Assembly (NCBI GenBank): GCA_037138355.1 | Contig: JBAXIL010000045.1 | Coordinates: forward strand, 1-11,460 | Source of the DNA: a bacterium | GTDB lineage: Bacteria > Oederibacteriota > PGYV01 > Palsa-1178 | DNA: 11,460 nucleotides | Direction: 5' to 3' | Shown here: positions 7,746 through 11,460 of the stretch, one piece after another | Layout: the number at the start of each line of letters is the position of its first letter | Position numbering within the stretch: the stretch's first letter is position 1 | Program-made: the position numbers and the translations under genes | The notes under the pieces: model-generated | Seen by the model: the letters and a program-made list of their open reading frames with translations, nothing else | Databases searched by the model: none | Told to the model about the DNA's origin: nothing

Positions 7746-8537
7746 ATGAGAAAAGCAAGTTTAGTTTTAATGTTAGTTATGGTACTTTCACTTTTGGTAT
7801 TTCCTATCTATGCTGCAGAAGAAGACAATCTTGAGGACATGCCAACTACTGTTGACGAACCAAGTAGCACAGTAGAAGCAGAACCAAATATGCCAGTGAT
7901 AAAAAAAGATTCTACCTATTTTGGAACTGTGAATATATTTGCTGCTTATACCTCCCTTTCCTTAGACAGTACTGCAATTAAAAATATTATTGGTGGTTAT
8001 GACTTAGGGATAGACCTTGGACTAACACTATTAAATGATTTGCCACTCGCCTTAGGTCTGCGTATAGAACTTATTGGTTCTGGTCAGGGTAAATATACAG
8101 GCAATTTAGGTTCTCTCGCTACTACTGAATACACGCTTTCTACTTCCATGATTCCTGTCATGGCCGGCGCCTCTTACGCATTTGATATATCCAACACACC
8201 TTTGACAATAGCAGCAGATTTGTATGCTGGATATGCTTTTGCTAAAGCCTCAATAGCAAGCGATACAATCAATCTTAAAGACAAATCATTTAGTGGTTCT
8301 GGTTTTGTTCTCGACATTGGTACAACAATTAGCTACCAAATCAATGAACCAACCTCAGCAGGTTTAATTCTTGGTTATAGAGTTGCCAATATACCAACTA
8401 TGAGTTCCGACACAGAGTTCATTGCCAACTCAGTAACTATTGCTAAGAATACTGCATTAAAAGACAGTACTGACAAGGTTCTTCCATTTAACATAAGTGG
8501 TATTATCTTAGGTCTAAAAGTAGATATGAGATACTAA
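7746..8537 (+). CDS. Predicted outer-membrane beta-barrel protein (paralog 2) with acidic N-terminal extension
   Basis: GAGGT RBS. Signal peptide ending PIYA, then an acidic Pro-rich linker (EEDNLEDMPTTVDEPSSTVEAEP). Motifs shared with paralog 1 (IPVMAG, YAGYAFA, LGYRVA). Aromatic C-terminus LGLKVDMRY. Confidence 0.7.
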   Translation: MRKASLVLMLVMVLSLLVFPIYAAEEDNLEDMPTTVDEPSSTVEAEPNMPVIKKDSTYFGTVNIFAAYTSLSLDSTAIKNIIGGYDLGIDLGLTLLNDLPLALGLRIELIGSGQGKYTGNLGSLATTEYTLSTSMIPVMAGASYAFDISNTPLTIAADLYAGYAFAKASIASDTINLKDKSFSGSGFVLDIGTTISYQINEPTSAGLILGYRVANIPTMSSDTEFIANSVTIAKNTALKDSTDKVLPFNISGIILGLKVDMRY

Positions 8538-8603
8538 AGCATTCACAGAAAGCTTTTAGTTAATTATATTTAATAATTCATTACTTTAAGGAGCCTTTAA
8601 TAA

Positions 8604-10166
8604 ATGGGACTCTTCGAGAATGACAAAAGAAATAAACATGACTACATAAAAAAAGGTCTTAATTACGCCAATCTAAATGACCACACTAAAGCCATTGAAG
8701 AGCTCGAAAGTGCCCTGGAGCAATTTCCTAATGATGAAGAAATACTTATAAATCTCGCTTTCATCTATGCCGACTTACAACAGTACGAACCTGCCCAAGA
8801 AATACTTATCGCACTCACAAATACAAACTCATATAACATAGAAGCGTTTAATACTCTTGGACATATTTATGTAAATCAAAATAAATACAATGAAGCCGTC
8901 GCAATATACGAAAAAGGAATTAAATATAATTCAAATGCAGCAATTTTATATAATAGTCTCGGTAACTTATACTACGATGCCGGTGGATATTTAAAAGCAC
9001 TTCAACTGTTCAAAAAAGCCGCAGATTTGGATTCTAACTTTCTAGAACGATATTATCATCTTGGCTTTGATTCGTTTATCAATGGCTCAGAATTAATAAA
9101 TGAAACCATAAAAACAATGCAGGAATCAATCAACAATAACTTAAATAAGGCAAAAATAATCCATGATAGTGGAATTGTCTATTTAGAACATCACATGAAT
9201 GATAAAGCAATAATAGCATTTAATCAGGCGTTAAACATTTATCCAAATTATTTAAGTGCTTATCTAAATCTCGGCGACACCTACCAACAAAAAGAAGATT
9301 ACGAAAATGCAATAAAGACATTTGAAAAAGCCCTGACTTACAATCCCCAAAATGCAAAAATATATAACTCTTTAGGAATAACTTATGACAAATTAAATAA
9401 AACTGACGCGGCAGTTGAAATGTACAAGCAAGCTGCAATTCTTGACAAGACATACGAAAATTCGCACTTTATGCTTGGTCAATTCTATCAGAACCGTGGC
9501 AACACAGAAAAAGCTACCGAAGAGTTTATAAAGCATATTAGGATATACGAAACCGAGAACTCTGTGGAAGACGCCTTGAAAAGAATTGCCATAATGAAAT
9601 CTATAACAGTTCAAAAAGCTTTACAACTTGTTACCACTAATATGGATATAGTACATGCAAATACATTAAGAAAAAATATTTCTAAATATCTTTCAATTCC
9701 AATAAGCCATCAAGAAATTTCAAGTACTAATCTGCTTAAACTTCCCTATATTAAAGAAGTACCTATTGACGAACCGACAGCCAGCAATGAATATAAGCGA
9801 ATACAAGAAGGACCAGATAAAGCTATTTTTGATACAGGGACAGTAGAAACAGTAGATGAAGCTTCAACAACACCCATACCAAAAGAAGAATTAGCCACTG
9901 AGAAATTTCCAGACCTAAAGAAACAGCCAAAACAAATGCCAATAATACCCGTGGAATCTGTTCACAATAGTTCAGTGCACTCTATAGGACCTTTATCAGC
10001 CATACAAGCACCCATCGCAGTTCCTTATGCCCCGAGACATCCCATAACACCACAAGGCACGCGCAAAATTTCTTCACCCTCTACTACAGATCAAGCGCCA
10101 CAACAATTTAAACTAAAACCAGACGAAGAAAATATCAAACCAAAAACTAATCGTAATTATTTTTAA
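8604..10166 (+). CDS. Tetratricopeptide repeat protein with long Pro/Ser/Thr/Glu-rich C-terminal tail
   Basis: AAGGAG RBS. About 8-9 TPR-like 34-aa units over residues ~12-315 (e.g. AFNTLGHIY..KYNEAVAIYEKGIKYN, AYLNLGDTY..DYENAIKTFEKALTYNP, IYNSLGITY). No signal peptide. Low-complexity tail over residues ~365-520. Confidence 0.88.
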   Translation: MGLFENDKRNKHDYIKKGLNYANLNDHTKAIEELESALEQFPNDEEILINLAFIYADLQQYEPAQEILIALTNTNSYNIEAFNTLGHIYVNQNKYNEAVAIYEKGIKYNSNAAILYNSLGNLYYDAGGYLKALQLFKKAADLDSNFLERYYHLGFDSFINGSELINETIKTMQESINNNLNKAKIIHDSGIVYLEHHMNDKAIIAFNQALNIYPNYLSAYLNLGDTYQQKEDYENAIKTFEKALTYNPQNAKIYNSLGITYDKLNKTDAAVEMYKQAAILDKTYENSHFMLGQFYQNRGNTEKATEEFIKHIRIYETENSVEDALKRIAIMKSITVQKALQLVTTNMDIVHANTLRKNISKYLSIPISHQEISSTNLLKLPYIKEVPIDEPTASNEYKRIQEGPDKAIFDTGTVETVDEASTTPIPKEELATEKFPDLKKQPKQMPIIPVESVHNSSVHSIGPLSAIQAPIAVPYAPRHPITPQGTRKISSPSTTDQAPQQFKLKPDEENIKPKTNRNYF

Positions 10167-10202
10167 ACTCCTTTATAAAATCTAATTATTAAATAATTGT
10201 AT

Positions 10203-10230
10203 TTGACCTTATTATATTTTGTTATATAAT
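10203..10230 (+). promoter_or_regulatory. Putative sigma70-type promoter for comM
   Basis: TTGACC (10203-10208), 16 bp spacer, perfect TATAAT (10225-10230), 43 bp upstream of the ATG at 10274. Confidence 0.55.
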
Positions 10231-10273
10231 AATCGCCAAGGTATTAACACTTTATAGAGGGGTGTACTCACAA

Positions 10274-11460
10274 ATGTTAAGTAAAATCAAATCTGCAGCT
10301 ATTTTAGGTATTGATGCGTATGAAGTTGAGGTTGAAGTAGACATATCTCCAGGACTTCCTGGTTTTTCCGTAGTTGGACTACCAGATGCTTCTGTGAAAG
10401 AAAGCAAAGACAGAGTAAAATCAGCAGTAAAAAATTCCGAATATCAATTCCCTCCCAACAAAAAAATCACTATCAATCTTTCTCCCGCTGATAGAAAAAA
10501 AGAAGGTCCATCTTTTGATTTACCAATCGCAATCGGTATTATGGCAGCTGATGGCATGATAAATCACGACAAGCTTGACGACTACCTAATCATAGGAGAA
10601 CTCTCTCTTGATGGCTCAATAAATACAGTTAAGGGTTGTCTGTCCGTAGCACTGCTTGCTCGGGAAATGGGATACAAAGGAGTAATCATCCCCTCAGCCA
10701 ACTCAGACGAAGCAGCAGTAGTGGAAGGTATAGATATTATTCCAGCGGAGAATCTTAAAATCGTAATAGATTTTTTAAATAGCATTAGCGAAATCTCTCC
10801 ACATAAAATAGACATAACAGAAGTTTTTTCAAAAGCATCTGAATATCATATTGATTTTTCAGAGGTAAAAGGTCAACAATATATTAAAAGAGCTTTGGAA
10901 ATATCAGCCGCTGGTGGACACAATTTATTAATGATAGGCCCTCCTGGCTCAGGTAAAACCATGCTGGCAAGACGCTTCCCTACCATACTTCCTGAAATGA
11001 ACTTAGATGAAGCCATTGAAACAACAAAAATACACAGTGTATCAGGACTTATGCGAGATAAATCTGCACTAATTGCCACTCGTCAATTTCGCTCACCACA
11101 TCACACCATATCTGATGCAGGCATGATAGGCGGAGGCGCTATACCAAAACCGGGAGAGGTTTCCTTATCTCACAATGGAGTTTTATTTTTAGACGAATTA
11201 CCTGAGTTTAATAGAAATGTTCTTGAGGTTTTGCGTCAACCTTTAGAAGACGGACATGTCACTATAAGCAGAGCAGCCACTTCTATCACTTACCCTGCGA
11301 GGTTTATGTTGCTTGCCGCCATGAATCCCTGCCCTTGCGGTTACTTCACGCATCCGACAAGGGCTTGTTCATGTTCTGCGCAACAAAGAGAAAAATATAT
11401 TAGCAAAATATCAGGTCCACTGTTAGATAGAATTGATTTGCATGTAGATGTCCCAGTGGT
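10274..11460 (+). CDS. comM: YifB/ComM family Mg-chelatase-like AAA+ ATPase; 3' end truncated by the window edge
   Basis: Not in the ORF track; translated by hand, 395 open codons. [72 protein letters not shown], Walker [32 protein letters not shown] (Walker B), [12 protein letters not shown] (Zn site), [21 protein letters not shown] upstream. Confidence 0.95.
   Translation, partial: MLSKIKSAAILGIDAYEVEVEVDISPGLPGFSVVGLPDASVKESKDRVKSAVKNSEYQFPPNKKITINLSPADRKKEGPSFDLPIAIGIMAADGMINHDKLDDYLIIGELSLDGSINTVKGCLSVALLAREMGYKGVIIPSANSDEAAVVEGIDIIPAENLKIVIDFLNSISEISPHKIDITEVFSKASEYHIDFSEVKGQQYIKRALEISAAGGHNLLMIGPPGSGKTMLARRFPTILPEMNLDEAIETTKIHSVSGLMRDKSALIATRQFRSPHHTISDAGMIGGGAIPKPGEVSLSHNGVLFLDELPEFNRNVLEVLRQPLEDGHVTISRAATSITYPARFMLLAAMNPCPCGYFTHPTRACSCSAQQREKYISKISGPLLDRIDLHVDVPV

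Noticed and set aside
8604..10166. TPR protein as an NlpI/LbcA-type adaptor for the S41 protease
   Set aside because: Those adaptors are exported lipoproteins. This TPR protein has no signal peptide or lipobox and lies in the divergent block.
7419..11079. Minus-strand ORFs 7419-7601, 9220-9453, 9393-9614, 10582-10815 and 10873-11079
   Set aside because: Antisense to the barrel, TPR and comM genes. The last two are reverse-frame shadows of comM, which the ORF track omitted, presumably because it has no stop codon in the window.
1..11460. DGR template repeat or reverse transcriptase, CRISPR array, tRNA/ncRNA, riboswitch, IS element or att site within the window
   Set aside because: The longest intergenic region is about 150 bp and is accounted for by promoters and RBSs. 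I saw no spaced direct repeats, cloverleaf, AAC-rich template-like tract or recombinase/RT motifs. A covariance-model search was not run.

Overview
AT-rich (roughly one third G+C by eye, not computed) bacterial chromosomal segment. It probably comes from a diderm lineage, since it encodes a lipoprotein and two predicted outer-membrane beta-barrels. The window holds 11 tightly packed CDSs in two divergent blocks. Minus strand, from 6773 leftwards: TM1586-type nitroreductase, then an apparent operon of S41 C-terminal protease (ctpA-like), divergent polysaccharide deacetylase, tsaD, a short MgtC/SapB protein, dusB and an FGE/SUMF1-domain lipoprotein. The lipoprotein runs off the left edge and is missing from the ORF track. 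Plus strand, from 6924: two paralogous secreted beta-barrel proteins, a TPR protein with a long low-complexity tail, and comM/YifB, which runs off the right edge and is also missing from the ORF track. I found no RNA gene, CRISPR array, transposase, integrase or reverse transcriptase. The region is mostly housekeeping and envelope genes, and no complete novel system can be shown from it. The best leads are the TvpA-like FGE-fold lipoprotein (a possible diversity-generating retroelement target whose diagnostic C-terminus lies just outside the window), the paralogous barrel pair plus TPR protein next to comM, and the minimal MgtC coupled between two tRNA-modification genes.
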